Assembly: GCA_035084275.1 (NCBI GenBank)
Contig: CM068743.1
Coordinates: 50,034,001 to 50,098,000, forward strand
Direction: 5' to 3'
DNA length: 64,000 bases
Origin: Hydrolagus colliei
Lineage: Eukaryota
Shown here: one piece after another, positions 38,096-51,414 of the stretch
Layout of the letters: each line of letters starts with the position of its first letter
Numbering within the stretch: the stretch's first letter is position 1
Notes under the pieces: model-generated
The model's database searches: none
Seen by the model: the letters and a program-made list of their open reading frames with translations, nothing else
What the model was told of the DNA's origin: nothing
Translations under genes and position numbers: made by a program

Positions 38096-38859
38096 TCAAA
38101 TCTACAATTGAACCCTTTGAAGTTTTCTAGGATGGAGACCAGTGGTTGTCTTAGTTCTCTCTGACCTGGCTGTTGGTCGCCAAGGAACATGGGAATGGTA
38201 CAGTAATGACTTTCCCAGCTTTTGTCTTTGGCAACCAGTCCACACCTCCTCAAGGTGACACAGTTGATATTAGAGTTCAATGGAGTGGGGAATTGTACCA
38301 GTACACCCAACCCATTGTTTTTCATTAACACCACTGCCAAGCAACTGCCTTAAAGGACCATTTTGTGCTAGGTTAGTATGCTTTGTTCTGTCGTGACTAG
38401 CTTTTTTCACCAGATATACTTGCTAGCAGTATTATCTGATGGGTAGTGTTAGTACAGAATGTATGATTTCCTATTGAGCTTTAGATTAGGTGAAGTGCTG
38501 TGTAGCCAGTACGAAGGTTGTTTTGTTTTGGGCACGATAACGGCCACCAAACTAAATTTTGCCTCGATCGTCTGGACTGCTCAAGTTTACATAGCTAACA
38601 GTTTGTACTTCTGTTTTTTTACCCAAGTGGGAAAAAAATGCAATATGCTAAATGTTGCAGTCAAAATTGTCTTTGACATCTCAAAATCTTATTTTACCGC
38701 TCTGGCCCACTTGACCCCTTCGCTTAGCCGGCACAAGCCTGTTGCATGTTCCCCAACCCATCCATACCACAGTGGAGTGGGGGAGAGCCACAATGTGCCT
38801 CCATCCCGTTTATCCTTAAATCACAACGTAAACTTGCTTCACCTCCCCCTTGCTCGGTA

Positions 38860-38990
38860 TCCACCCCCCCCCCACCCCCACTGTGCAGCATTCCCCCCCC
38901 ACCCCCCCCATTGTGCAGCATTCCCCCCCCACCCCTGCACTGTGCAACACCCTCCCTCCCGCTGTGCAGCACTCCCAACACCCCACTGTA
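38860..38990. repeat. C-rich ~30-bp minisatellite (CCCCCCCCACCCCCCCA-TGTGCAGCATT)
   Basis: 3-4 decaying tandem units. Confidence 0.8.
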
Positions 38991-40528
38991 ACTTAATGAT
39001 TGCAAGACATCTGCCAATGTCACACCTAAGCAGTGGTAACCCTTATACGTGCGTTCTTCATCTTCAGCCTCAACTTTTCCAATGCCCTCCTTGCCAGTCT
39101 CCTTAGCTTGTGTATCAATCAATTCAAGCTATGGCACCATCATCCTGCCTACATGCCACTCCTATCTGCTCCCATTGCTCAGGTAGCTCCAGCCTCCTAT
39201 AAGTTCTCTTTGCTCCACTATCGGCAGCTGTGCTTGCAGCCACAACACCCCAACAATCTGGAATTCTTTGCCTCAATCCCCCTCTTGCCCCCTCCTTGTA
39301 CGTCTTCAGATCACACCTGAAGACTTTCCTTTTCAATTGTGTCTACGATCATGACCCATCTCTCCCCGGCTTGAAGTCAGACTCCCTCACTGATAAACAC
39401 TCCAAGACACCATATGCATATTACAGTATATAAATGCAAGTTATTATCTTTACTTATCAACTGTTTATCCTAGCTCATCTTTATGACCTGGAAGGGCAGA
39501 CCAGTCAATCACTAGGGGTAAAAGTTCCTGTTAACCCTGCAAGCCAAAGGCCTAAAGGTTCGGTGGTCATGGAAATTTGCCAGAGAAATTACCCGCTGGT
39601 AAAGGAGAGTCCAGAAGAGGTTCAGTGGATTTTAATCCTTGAGACTAGGGTTCAGATTCCAGCCTACTAGCTTGGCAAGAATCTGAACCCTAGTCTTGTC
39701 TCTTCATTTGAATTCCTTTGAACCAGCTATGATTGTGGACAGTCTCAACCTATTTTGAAAATGGGTACGAATCCGTAATTTTCCTTCTCACTCACAGAGA
39801 CCACAAATATAAACAATCCCTGAAATGCTGCCAAAGCTTTGTGATCTCCGGCAACCCCACTTCCCTGCCAGTTGCTTTGCTTTGCAAAATCAGGCTGCTT
39901 AACTCTGCTAAGTTATCAGCTACTTTGCTCCACCTTTTGTATTTCTCTTCCGAGTTTCCTCCACCTCACTCTCTGCTTTCAAAACCCATCTCAAGACCTA
40001 TCTACTGTATTTAATTGTGCCTTCAACCACGCCATACTCCCAATCTCCCTCCCAGTACTGTCTCCCAATCTGTCTGTAAAAGGTTTTGAGGTCAGAAAGT
40101 TGATGTATAAGTGCAAATGATTGTTGCATAGCAATATTTTGGTTTAAAAAATTAATAATCATAGCTTCATAAAGAAGGTTACAAATTGAAAGACGCTTGG
40201 GGGTGGAATCACATCATATATTTAATGTATTCAATGATATTTACAGATAAATCTAAGAAATCAAGATGTGTTTTGAATTTGGTTTAGTAAGACCTTTTTT
40301 GGTCTGTAGCAGTTATTATACTTTTTCCTGCCTCCAGTTAACATGAGAATCGATATATGATGCACATTGAGCTATCTCCACTCCCCACCCTCCTCCCCCG
40401 CTCCACCACCCCATTCACCAGTGAAAAGCAGTACTGTATGGAATTGTTGAATCCAATTGCTGCCTTGAATCCTTTGCTCCTGAATGTTTTTGAAATAACA
40501 TTAATTCAGAACTATCGTTATAAATTAG

Positions 40529-40687
40529 GTGAGGCACTATCTCCGCAAAGAGTTTGAAAAATACGGAGTTCCACAAAATGAGACCCATCAAGAGAATCTG
40601 GTGAAAGACATCTTTGACCATGAAGATGAAGACAATGACGGCTTTATATCTTCCAGGGAATTTACATATAAGCACGATGAGCTGTAA
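40529..40687 (+). CDS. FKBP14: FKBP14 exon 4 (VRHYLRKEFEKYGVPQNETHQENLVKDIFDHEDEDNDGFISSREFTYKHDEL*)
   Basis: ttag|GTG; EF-hand 2, NET sequon, C-terminal HDEL then TAA. Spliced CDS is 639 nt = 212 aa. Confidence 0.96.
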   Translation: MRHYLRKEFEKYGVPQNETHQENLVKDIFDHEDEDNDGFISSREFTYKHDEL

Positions 40688-42800
40688 TTTGGTTTTCGCT
40701 CCATACCCGTATACTGTACTTGGACACTCTGTGTGTGAAATTACAAGTTTATTTTCTAAACAGAAAAGCAACCAATAGATTGTAGGTCTGTTTAATACAA
40801 GATTACAAAGTAAACCAGATGTGCAAAGTTTTTAGTATTTTGGAATTCCAATGTATTAATGCTTCTTTTAAAAGAAGATCATGGCTGATCTCTCAGTCTG
40901 CAATGGTTTGGCCAGGTATTCATTTGGCCTGTGAGTGAAGTCATTTTTGTGCTGCTGCCATTGCTTGTGGTACAGTATTTGGGTTTTAGGAACAATATTA
41001 TGGACCCCCTTAAGTTGTACAGTATTGCTTTAGAAATAACTGCTTTTTTTTGCCATCACTTCAAAGAATGCAATGACTTAACTGTCATCATGGCATTGGG
41101 AGATGGTGTAGAGTCTAATGAAAATTGATTACATCCAGTCAATTCTTCGACAGGGACCTGACATCCCTTTTACAGTATTACTTTCTTGATATTGACATTT
41201 GCTTTAATTTAGTGTGTAAAAAGCTGTAAACCTGCAGCAAGGGGTTCAATATATTTTTTTAAAAAGGACTTGATACTAGAGGTGGAAAATATTTCCAGTG
41301 TCTTAAGTTTGTTTCCCCAAATAGAGTTAGATTCTTAACACCAAATACACTCGCACACTCTGCAAACTTCACCCAAATGTCTTATTATTGGACCAATCCT
41401 TTTGGCACACCTCTTGCATCATGTTTTGATGCCTTTACATTTAATTGTTGCAGCAAGATTTCCTAATGCTACAAAAACCAAAGATCCTATGTTTGCTTTT
41501 ATTATGAATACAGACTTCGGGGGGTTTAGTTTCCTAATAACAGAGTCATTGGTAAAAGTATAATCCTCATGTACTTGATCTTGCAGATTAAATACTAGCC
41601 AAAAATATGCTTACCTAACTGATGCATCATTGACTTACTTGCATTGGGAACTACAATTCAATTGACACATTCTGACTAGGATCAAACTCTGCAAATATGT
41701 GCAGTCTTTTATGTTTTGTTTTGAGGTTCACACTATTCCACTGACGTCTTGTTCTGTAGGACCTGTCGGCAGATAGGTATATAATTTAAATAATTAGAAA
41801 CCTATATCTTGCCAACACTTTGGGGTTGAGATCAGTGAGCAGACTCTAGATGACTCCGTATATGTCTCTAGTTTCCTGATTAGAAATAGGACTAAGTAGG
41901 CAATATAACCTCTCTAATGTTGGAACCAATGTATTATTGGACCAGAAACCAATTTTATTTGTACTGATCTGGGTTGCAACTGAATAATTGATTAGGACCA
42001 AACCTACAATTGGCAGAAATATTGGCAGATTGATCAATATCTAAAGGTAAAATTAAATAAGTTGTCAGGGGTGACACCACCCCCGCCCCCACATACACCG
42101 ATTGCAATACTTTTCCTTCTGCTCCCTTAATGCTGAAAATTTAATTTCATTTTGCAATAGCACAATCTATGGTTATGGTCAGATATTGAAGTTTTAAGCA
42201 GGTTTTGCTACCACAGTATAAAAAAATGCAATGTGATTGACACCTCGCCCTTGTTACGTTTTACCCCCTACCTCTGAATGCTTTTATATGCTAAATGAAT
42301 GCTTGATTCAGTTCATTGGCACACAATACCACCTGCTTTAAGTTGTGATCTGACTCTATAAGTTGGAAAGCTTAGGAAACAGAGAATAGATATTTTATGT
42401 CTTTTGTATCTTTAATTTATGGAAACTGTCTGATGTGAGGTGTTGGATTCAGGCTACACCCAAATTTCAGCACCCGTGTTGCCCAGGCCTCACAAGGCAA
42501 GTGGGGTAGGCTGCAATACGTAATCGGTCAATGATTGTATCCCATTAATGCGTGAGTCAAAACAACGCAACTGGTTAGGATGGTCAGATATAACCCCAAT
42601 TAAAATCTGACATCTTGCCACTGGTTTACCAAGTTTTAAACACAAAAAGAAAGGTGCGCAATAACAGTTGATGTTGTATCTTTGAACCATTACAAGAGCT
42701 GTTTTGTTTTTTAAAAAGACATACTGTTACAGCAAATATCACTGAGCTTTCAAATTTGCAATTCTTTTATGTGAAAATAAATATTTTCTTAAACCTCCTC
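40688..42800 (+). other. FKBP14: Probable FKBP14 3' UTR with AATAAA at 42776-42781
   Basis: About 2 kb with no recognisable TE after the stop codon, in an otherwise TE-dense window, ending near a canonical poly(A) signal. The 3' end is inferred. Confidence 0.45.
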
Positions 42801-43250
42801 CTGTTGCCTGGTACTTTAACACAAATACATTAAGCAAAAAATCTGTACAATGCTTCTTGTGGTTAATCACGATGTCCCTGCAGAGGAATGAATTATGCTG
42901 ATGATTGTGGAAGGGAAATGAAAGAGATGGCCTTCTTTGATGGTGACTGAACCAATTCTGCAACCAGATGTCTCTCCTGTCAATGGTCAATATATCCACT
43001 CTGGGTGACCGAACAACTAACTAGTGCATATGTGGAGCCTGTAATGTTTTTGGATCACTTATTCATGATATCACAACTTTTGCCACGCAATGATGGCGCA
43101 TGACCCCATTGCATGTACAGAGATTTTCTCAAATCTTTGCCCAACGAACATTCTGTAAATGTGTGGAGGGATTCAAGGTGGGAGTTCCTGAGGGTGGCTG
43201 AAGGTTTGCCCATTGATGGGATTGTAGAAAAATTGGATTCAGGCTACAAA

Positions 43251-43565
43251 GAGTCCTGTAGCTCAGTGGTTAGAGCACTTGCCTTACAAGCGTGAGACCT
43301 GTGTGCAAATCCAGGCAGATCAGGGTGAAACCTTGTGCAAGTTTCCTTACTGCACATGCCTAATAATAATCCCTCCAAAAAAAAACAAAAATAAAATTGG
43401 TCATGTCAATCCATGACTGTTTGTGGGACACTGCTGTGAATAAATGGCTGCTGCATTTCACCCACAAATATACAATCAATTCACTTTACAGTATATTCTG
43501 TGAAGCGCTTTGAGACGTCTTCTAGACGTCTCAAAGCGCTATATCAAATGCAAGGATTATTATTA
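43251..43565 (+). mobile_element. SINE, full length (short variant)
   Basis: Head, central block and tail all present. Confidence 0.9.
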
Positions 43566-45179
43566 GTACTGTACTGTTTTACAGCAGAATGCTTCTGCAG
43601 AGACCTCCGGTGGATATATGTTGATACTACAAGGTTAGGCTCAGTTGGTAGGACTTTCAATTCTGTGCAGAAGGTGGTGGTTACTGGCCCCATCCTTCTC
43701 ATTACGTGAGAGAAGATCACATCATTTGGATGAAATGTTAAAACAAGGAATTTGGGTGTATTTATGTGGTTGTTGAAGATCCAAATACCATTGAAGGAAA
43801 AATAAATGAATTCATCCCGGCCACTAATCACTGTCACCTCATGGCTGTTTGTAGGACTTTGCCGGTGCATGTATGGCTTGACTTACCTACAAAACTAGTC
43901 CCCAGTTTTGACAGTAACTACTTTTGTGAGGTGATAGGCACCATAAAAATCCAAATGTATCTATCGTTAAGGAGAGCATTCAAGTACGCTTCAATAAACA
44001 TGAAAGCCCACATTTCGTGTTCTTAGAAAAGTTTGCTCAAGGCTACCTGAAGTAAAAGGGATGACAAAATATATATCATGTAACACAAAAAAAGGTTGGT
44101 AACCCATAATATCAACAGCAAGTGTTCACTCAATCGCAACCCTTTTGCGATCAGAATAAAATATGCATTAAAAAATAGCTAGCCTGGGAAAATAATTTGC
44201 TTTGACTCACCGCAAAATTTCACCTCATATAAAACCATAACTGATGCGACTAGAATAAGATAAGCAACTTACGAACTGCAGGATGCTAAATAGGTTTAAG
44301 CTGCATCTTCGAAGTTTTAGTCCTTCCAACGTGAAAGGTCCTATACAAATGTAATTTTCAAACATTTATCCAAGAAACTGCTCTTTGATGATCAAATCAT
44401 GCTGAGATCACTTTTCGAGATGTTACAATCCATGTAAAAACTCACATGTTGCTGATGGCAGAAACTTTTTAATGTGAATAAATCACTAAATTTCTACAAA
44501 CAACTTGGAAAAGGTAGCCTGTCTAATATAATTACTGTACTTCACTTGGGAAGCTTTCTCTCTACCCTTGCCTTTCTCCAGCACCTTGGAACATCTTCCT
44601 GATGTGAAAGGTGCTTTACACAAGTAATTTTGTTCCTGTTATCTGTGAGAATGGGTTAATATGTTGTTTTAATGCACAGTAGTTAATGTTGAGCCTGGAC
44701 AAATACATTCAAGACCCACATGTAATTTTGAGATCACAGGTAAGGTTGCAGTATTGTAGTTTGCCCACGATTCTTAACAACACAGCAATTGACATTTCTA
44801 CTTTCTTTAATCAGTTAATTAATTTGTGAATTTTAATTTTATGTATTTTTTATTGTTATGGATATTATTTTCTTGGCTAAACAATAGAAATCCAGAGCAG
44901 AAAATAATAATAATTAGTTGGTCACTTCAAACTACATCTGTTTGTGGGGCACTGCTGAGCAATTGGCTGCTGAGTTTCGTCGACAAATATATAGTCAATT
45001 CACTTTGCAGTACATTCTGTAAAGCACTTTGAGATGCCTACAAGACGTGATGAGGCGCTATTTCAAAAAGAAGGATTATAAAAAAAGGTATTCTATGATT
45101 TAACTCCTCATTACTTCTACTCTAGGCTGGAGTCATAGAATCATAAATTATTTCCTGACGAGATGGAAATTGTCTAATA

Positions 45180-45542
45180 AATAATAAGGATAAGAATAAT
45201 TCTTACAATTGATATAGTGCCTTATCACGTCGTTGAGATGTCTCAAAGTGCTTCACAGAATATACTGTGAAGTGAATTGACTGTAAATTTTGTAGGCGAA
45301 ACAGGGCAGCTATTTGCGCACATCAGTGTCTCACTGTCTTATCGGTCGTGGATTAAGTGACCACATTTTTTTGGGCTACTATTTAACTCAGGAAAGCAAT
45401 CTGGGTCCCTACTTACCTCTGTGTAAACAGAGGCATGTGGAGTAAGGAAACTTGCCACAGGAATCGTCGCTCCTGGGGATTGAAGCTGGGTGCTCTTGGT
45501 TGTGAGGCGAGTGCATTAACCACAATGCTGTAGGACTCCACA
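45180..45542 (-). mobile_element. SINE, full length, tail-to-tail with a plus-strand SINE 3' part at ~44900-45080
   Basis: Matches the family consensus seen elsewhere in the window. Confidence 0.85.
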
Positions 45543-46799
45543 TTTTGTATTTTGTAAGAGCCATAAAAAGGAGATTTTTTGTTCAGAGCATGAAAGGACT
45601 ATGGAGACGGCGAACATAATGTGGACGTAGGTTCACATTAGTTTCGTCTTTTAAACCTATAAGAAACAAGACGTTATTATAGGATGACTGAAGTACCTGT
45701 ACCATGTTATAATTAGAGCAGTTCTTTATCTCTCTCTCTTTTGCACGTCTGCCCTATGTGATTCTACATTAGCATTCTAACGTGGTTTCCTGTTAACCTT
45801 GCAAGCCAAAGCCCTAATGGGAAGGGTAGTAGCTGATTAAGCTTTCCAGACAGCAATATCAGTGACAAGCTGTGCCGTTTCAGCTTGGTAGACTCCCTAA
45901 CACACACTTCGAGGTCCCCATGCCTTGGCTCTTGCCAACCTGCACCTAATACTTTCTGGAATGAGGTAAGAGGGGTACATCCCTCCAGGGAGTGAGTCTG
46001 CATTCCATTCCAACAATCTATCTCTGGGATTTCCATGTTCCATGGATTTCTCTGGAAATCTCGGCTTGGTTTGTATACTCTTAACCATAATGATGGTTTT
46101 CCGCATTTGTCAGATATCCAGCTGAGCAAAACGAAAATAGCCTAATATTATGCATCATTTAAACATACAGAGAGACCACAAAGTATAGTCATCGTGAATA
46201 TAGAAGCAATAAATCACATCTCATCAATCTACTAAAATTAGGAACAGAAGAAAACAGGAACTGGAAGAGGTCGTTGAATCTATTGAGCCTATTCCACCAG
46301 TTATTAGATCGTGGAGAAATTTTTATTCCAATGCCCACCCTGGAACAAAGTGGCCTTTATTTAAGCGTGGCTTCTGGAGTAAGGGATCATTGATTTGTTG
46401 ACCTGGTTCAAAACATTAAAAAACAATTGACAGGCCAAACATTTCCCTGGGCCCATGAGTAGAGTCCTGCTACAGTCTTAACACGTTTACCAACAGAGCC
46501 TCACTGGTGAAGTGGGAAACTGGATATTGTGTGGGCTGTTCAGTGTGGCTTTGGTAAATTCTCTAAATGTCTCGTGGGAGTCTACACATGGGCCTGCAGA
46601 AATTGGTATTGAATTTCTGGTAAGTACACTTAAATTCACTTAGAACTGGCTACTGTGTCTGTGCACTGACAGGGCTAAAAACAGTGGCCACTGGTTGCAT
46701 TAGACAAGTACTATAGTTGCTAAATAGTGCTGGTTTATTACGGAAAATCAGTTGAGACTGTGCCAGGGTTTGATTTGATTTAACGAACATAATTTTTTA

Positions 46800-47495
46800 A
46801 CACCTTTTTATCGATATACGACATTTGGTTTCGTTTTAACAACAAAAAAATTGCCGCATCTTTTTTGCACACGCGCAGTACATAGTGTATTATGCGGTAA
46901 AATCGCAGTTGTATACTGTATCCATGCGTTTGAACTAGCCATTAGCATGTCGCTACGTCAGTGGTTCCCAACCTTGTTTTACTGCGACCCAAATTAGCCT
47001 TCCACTACTAGAGGGCATTATTGCAATTGATGCTCATCTTGTGGAATCAGCTCTTTTGTAAGTACACTCTTTATACAAATTGGTCGACGGTGTCGCTTTT
47101 TTTTAAGCATTAAAAGCTTTTTTTTAGTGGTAAAAGTTGTTTAGCGGTAAAAGCTTTTGAAGCGACACCATGCAATTTCGAGTGATATACAACCTCTACC
47201 ACATTTCCACAATGTCAGAAAAGAGACTGGTAAGTGAAACGAGCAGCAGTAATACCGCTCGTGGTAAAAACAAAACGCAAAGTCATTACTTTAGATACTA
47301 AATCTTGCCTATGTGTGTTATTTTGTGTGTTTTGTGTGTTATTTTAGTGGGTTTAAGGTCCTAAATTGTTGTCAAAAGAACGCATCTCGGGTTATACAAT
47401 GGGACCGCATGGGAAACAGCATTCCGATTTATGACATTTCGATTTCCATGACATTTTTCAGGAACACAACCCTGTTGTAAATCGGGGGATACCTG
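46800..47495 (+). mobile_element. Tigger-derived DNA transposon remnant with an embedded hAT-like end
   Basis: Frameshifted transposase N-terminus (ATG ~47212; KRKVITLDTK at ~47273); TIR-like end ...GTAAATCGGGGGATACCTG-TA; CAGTGGTTCCCAACCTT (hAT/Charlie-type terminus) at ~46959. Confidence 0.6.
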
Positions 47496-49696
47496 TATAT
47501 ACAGTCAATTCATTTTACAATATATTCTGTGAAGCGCTTTGAGACGTCTAGAAGGCATGAAAAGCGCTACATGAAATGCAAGGATTATTATTACATATGG
47601 TACATAAATTCATCTTGGAACCCTAAGGTGATTATGTAATCCATCTGCTTCCTCAGTTCACATACATACCCCACTGGATATTCATGGTATTGCACCTCAA
47701 TGAACATTCTATTCATCCTTCTACCGAGGTACCAGACAGGATAGCTAGCCATCATCAAGCAAAAACAGCGTCAATATTGTCGAATGATCAATATCATCAG
47801 ACTGACACAATTGCTTTCAGGCAGAAAGGGTGACAATTTCTCTTGAGAAATGTCAATTTAATCAAACAATAAACTGCAGGGATCTGCATGATCCAGCATG
47901 AAATGATGTTTGTGCAGAATCAGCTGGTATAATTCTGGGGAGTGTATTGTGCCACACTGGAGAGCTGCCATGTGCATATGGGGTGTATTTTCAACATCCA
48001 TAATGTTCTCCCAACAGTACCTCAAGTTATTGGGTGAAATTGATTCTAACGTCTCCCTGCAGGGCAATGTAAATTTATAAATTGCATCATTGGCAATGTT
48101 GCCTAACCATTATGTGGCATCCACTTTCACCCAATCCCAAATTCTGTCATCAGTCTCAATCCTTCTGTGAACAGAGATTAAAAGCGGCAGTCATATCTGG
48201 ATCTCAGAGAGTTAATTTACACAGGGCAGGTGTTTTTACATTTTTACATTTCATTGAGTTCTAGCCTTTACAGTTCAACATTGCAGTGTCATATAAGCAA
48301 GGATTACCTAACTTTACATGATGTGGGCAGTCAATATTACTCCGTGTTTGTATAAAACTGATGCTGTCTCTGCCTTTGTGGCTTTGAGCTTCAGTGAAAC
48401 AAGTCATACAGAATGTGCACTCTTTACTGACACAGCTGTGACCTTTGGATCCATGTGTATATGGCAGGCTGCTCAATAAATGTGTAATCACCAGATGGAG
48501 TCTGGAGGGGACCAATAGCAAAAATATTAATAGTATTAAAAAGGACATTGGTACTCATTGAATAATAAGTCCAAAATCTTCCTTCAAATCTCGACAATTT
48601 TGACTTGTCTGCTGAGTCACAAGCATATGCACTTTATCTACTTTTGCTCTATTTATGTTGCACGTTAGGGTGTCCAGAATGTTAAATTCACGCTTAACTT
48701 CGAAGTTGTGTGTTGAATTCAGGCGTAACTCTGAAGGTCTGTCATTTCTTAAAAGTACTGTCCAGTGCTTACAAAAAAAGCAGCTTCAGAATTTTGGCTC
48801 TATTTGAGAATTTGCCAAATTCTGGATGCCTAGAAGTGCTTTGTAAATAAAGAAAATCTAAACAGCTGGAATTCTAAAAATCTAAACAGCACTCCCTGCA
48901 TATCTTTATGGGCTTAATGACACCCTGCTGTGTTGTATATTTCTGATGTTTCTAGGAACGTTAACAAGAATTTGATACAATATTCAGTAAAATGCTCTGC
49001 TCTTTGGTAAATTCTGCTATTTAATATACACCAAAATAATGAATTGGTCACTTCAATCCATGACTGTCTGTGGGACACCGTAATGCGCAGTTAGCTGTGT
49101 TTTGTTCACAAAATATACAAGAACAACAACAAAATTACATTTATAAAGTGCCTTTCACGTCAATTCACATTACAGTATAATCTGTGAAGCATTTTGCTAC
49201 ATCTCAAGGACAAGGAGCTATATCAAATGCAAGGAATATTATTAAAACCAGATGGACATCAGCTGTGAAGCAACACAATGTAGTGCCCAGTATCATCATA
49301 AAATTATGAGACAAAACCGCAACATGAACCCACAACCTTCTGACTCCATCACGAGATTGCTAATAACTAGACTGGCATTGTGGAAAGGTCAAATATGTCT
49401 TAAAGGAGGGATAGACTGCAGTCATTTTGTTGATGCAAATAAGGGTGACTTAATAACTTATATCATAAATCAAATCCTCATTAAAATCTTTATGGGCAAT
49501 TTGAAGTGCACAGTTTGATTTACATTAGCAAGTCACAGAGGTAGGAGGAGCAAGGCCTTAGAGAAGCGAAAAAGTAGTGTTCTGGTCAACAATCCTCCAA
49601 TTAAAAATGATCACTTATTCACTTTATGGTTTCTGGAACATTCAAATGGGTGATTTACATAGTCACTCCAATTTACACTAAATACTTTGAACTTCT

Positions 49697-50275
49697 TTGT
49701 ATAGGGCCCTGGTGAGACCACATCTAGAGTATTGTGTGCAGTTTTGGTCTCCTTATTTAAAAAAGGACATACTTGCCTTAGAGGGGGTGCAGCGTAGATT
49801 CACTAGGTTAGTTCCTGGGATGAGGGGACTGACCTATGAGGACAGGTTGAATAAACTAGGGCTGTATTCTCTGGAGTACAGAAGAATTAGGGGGGATCTT
49901 ATTGAAACATATAAGATTCTTAAAGGGCTAGATAAAGTAGGCACTGAGGGACTGTTTCCCCTGGTAGGAGAATCTATAACCAAGGGTCAGTCTTAAAATT
50001 AAGGGTCAGCCTTTTAGAACAGAGTTGAGGAAACATTTCTTCACTCAGAGGGTAGTGAATTTATGGAATTCACTACCCCAGAAGGCTGTAGATGCTCAGT
50101 CCTTGAACATTTTCAAGGCTGAGACTGATAGATTTTTGAAAAATAGAGGGATTAGGGGATATGGGGATAGGGCAGGTAATCAGAGTTGGGTGAGAAGATC
50201 AGCCATGATCTTATTGAATGGCGGAGCAGGCTCGAAGGGCTGAATGGCCTACTCCTGCTCCTAATTCTTATGTCA
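49697..50275 (+). mobile_element. CR1-clade LINE 3' end
   Basis: YRALVRPHLEYCVQFWSP...RRIRGDLIETYKIL and FFTQRVVNLWNSLP; GGCCTACTCCTGCTCCTA 3' UTR. Confidence 0.93.
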
Positions 50276-51414
50276 TATGTTCTTTGAGATCCCCTCCCAA
50301 CGTGAAAGGCGCAATATCAAATTATATTCTGCATTGTATTATTGTTATGCTTGAAGCTCTAGTCTTTCCTTTTATTTGATGGATTACAGTGGGAGCTTCA
50401 TGCTCTCATGATGGTATGGCATCTTGCTGGATTTTCCATGTTTAATGTAAGGTGCCTAAAGCTGACAGAGAGAAAGTGTGGGGAGGTGAAACTTTCAGCT
50501 CATCAGCATAGATTGGAACTTAATGACAGGTTCAAGGGTAGCATGTTAACTCACTAAATATCTCAGTGTATTTTTTGAAGTGTAAAGTGTACACCTTTCA
50601 AGTGAGCTCCATTATCATAACTTACAACCATGACGCAATGAAATACATATATCACAACACTGAAGTATACACAATTTGATTTAACGCTGATGGAAAACAT
50701 TGCACACAAATAACTACCCATATGAGAAAATCAGCAGTTAAAACTTTGTATACAATTTCACTTTTTAACAGCACAAAGAGTGGTTTGTAAAACAGTAGTT
50801 AATGCTGCTAATTGATGTTGGGAGACAATTGAAAGCAGACAGTTTTCCGCCTCCCCATACCCCCCAACGCCGAGTCACAGTACATATGGAGTTATTTAAC
50901 CATGACCCAAGTCACTGATTGCTATTGCTTTCGTGGAATTCAAAGGTCTGATTATGGTAATGGAATTGTCCTATTGCAGCTGCCACTATATTACTGGAAA
51001 AAGAGAGGGGTGAAATGGAATCTAGGGGATACGGGCTTGAGCTCTATCTACAGTTCTTGGAACAATTTTAAAGAGGAGGAAACTAATTGAGTTCCAGGCC
51101 CAAATTACCTTAACCACACAAAGGGCAGTGTTAGAGGCTGAGGCTCTCCTGTATTTACTGGCAAAGGAATTCAGGTGTTCTGATGTTTCGATTTACTTAC
51201 TAACAGAGAGCCAGGGAGACAGGTGGGGAGACCACATGGCCAATGCCATTTACGGTTGTTGACACTGCTTTTATTACTCATCATGACTATCCTCCTTGTA
51301 TGGAGGGGTGCCCGGAGGAGGGGGGAAATTAAGCTGAATTGGCTCCAAGGTGACATGTCTGGCAACAGAACGTCAGACTCAAATCAGTTCACTGGCGGTC
51401 CCATAGTCTGGCTC

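Noticed and set aside
38459-39122. 215-aa Pro/His-rich and opposite-strand Gly-rich ORFs
   Set aside because: They derive from the C-rich minisatellite and L2 debris in an intron.
43251-43325. tRNA-Ala-like sequences with A and B boxes (also ~25755-25828 and 58300)
   Set aside because: These are SINE heads that continue into SINE bodies, without a proper acceptor stem.
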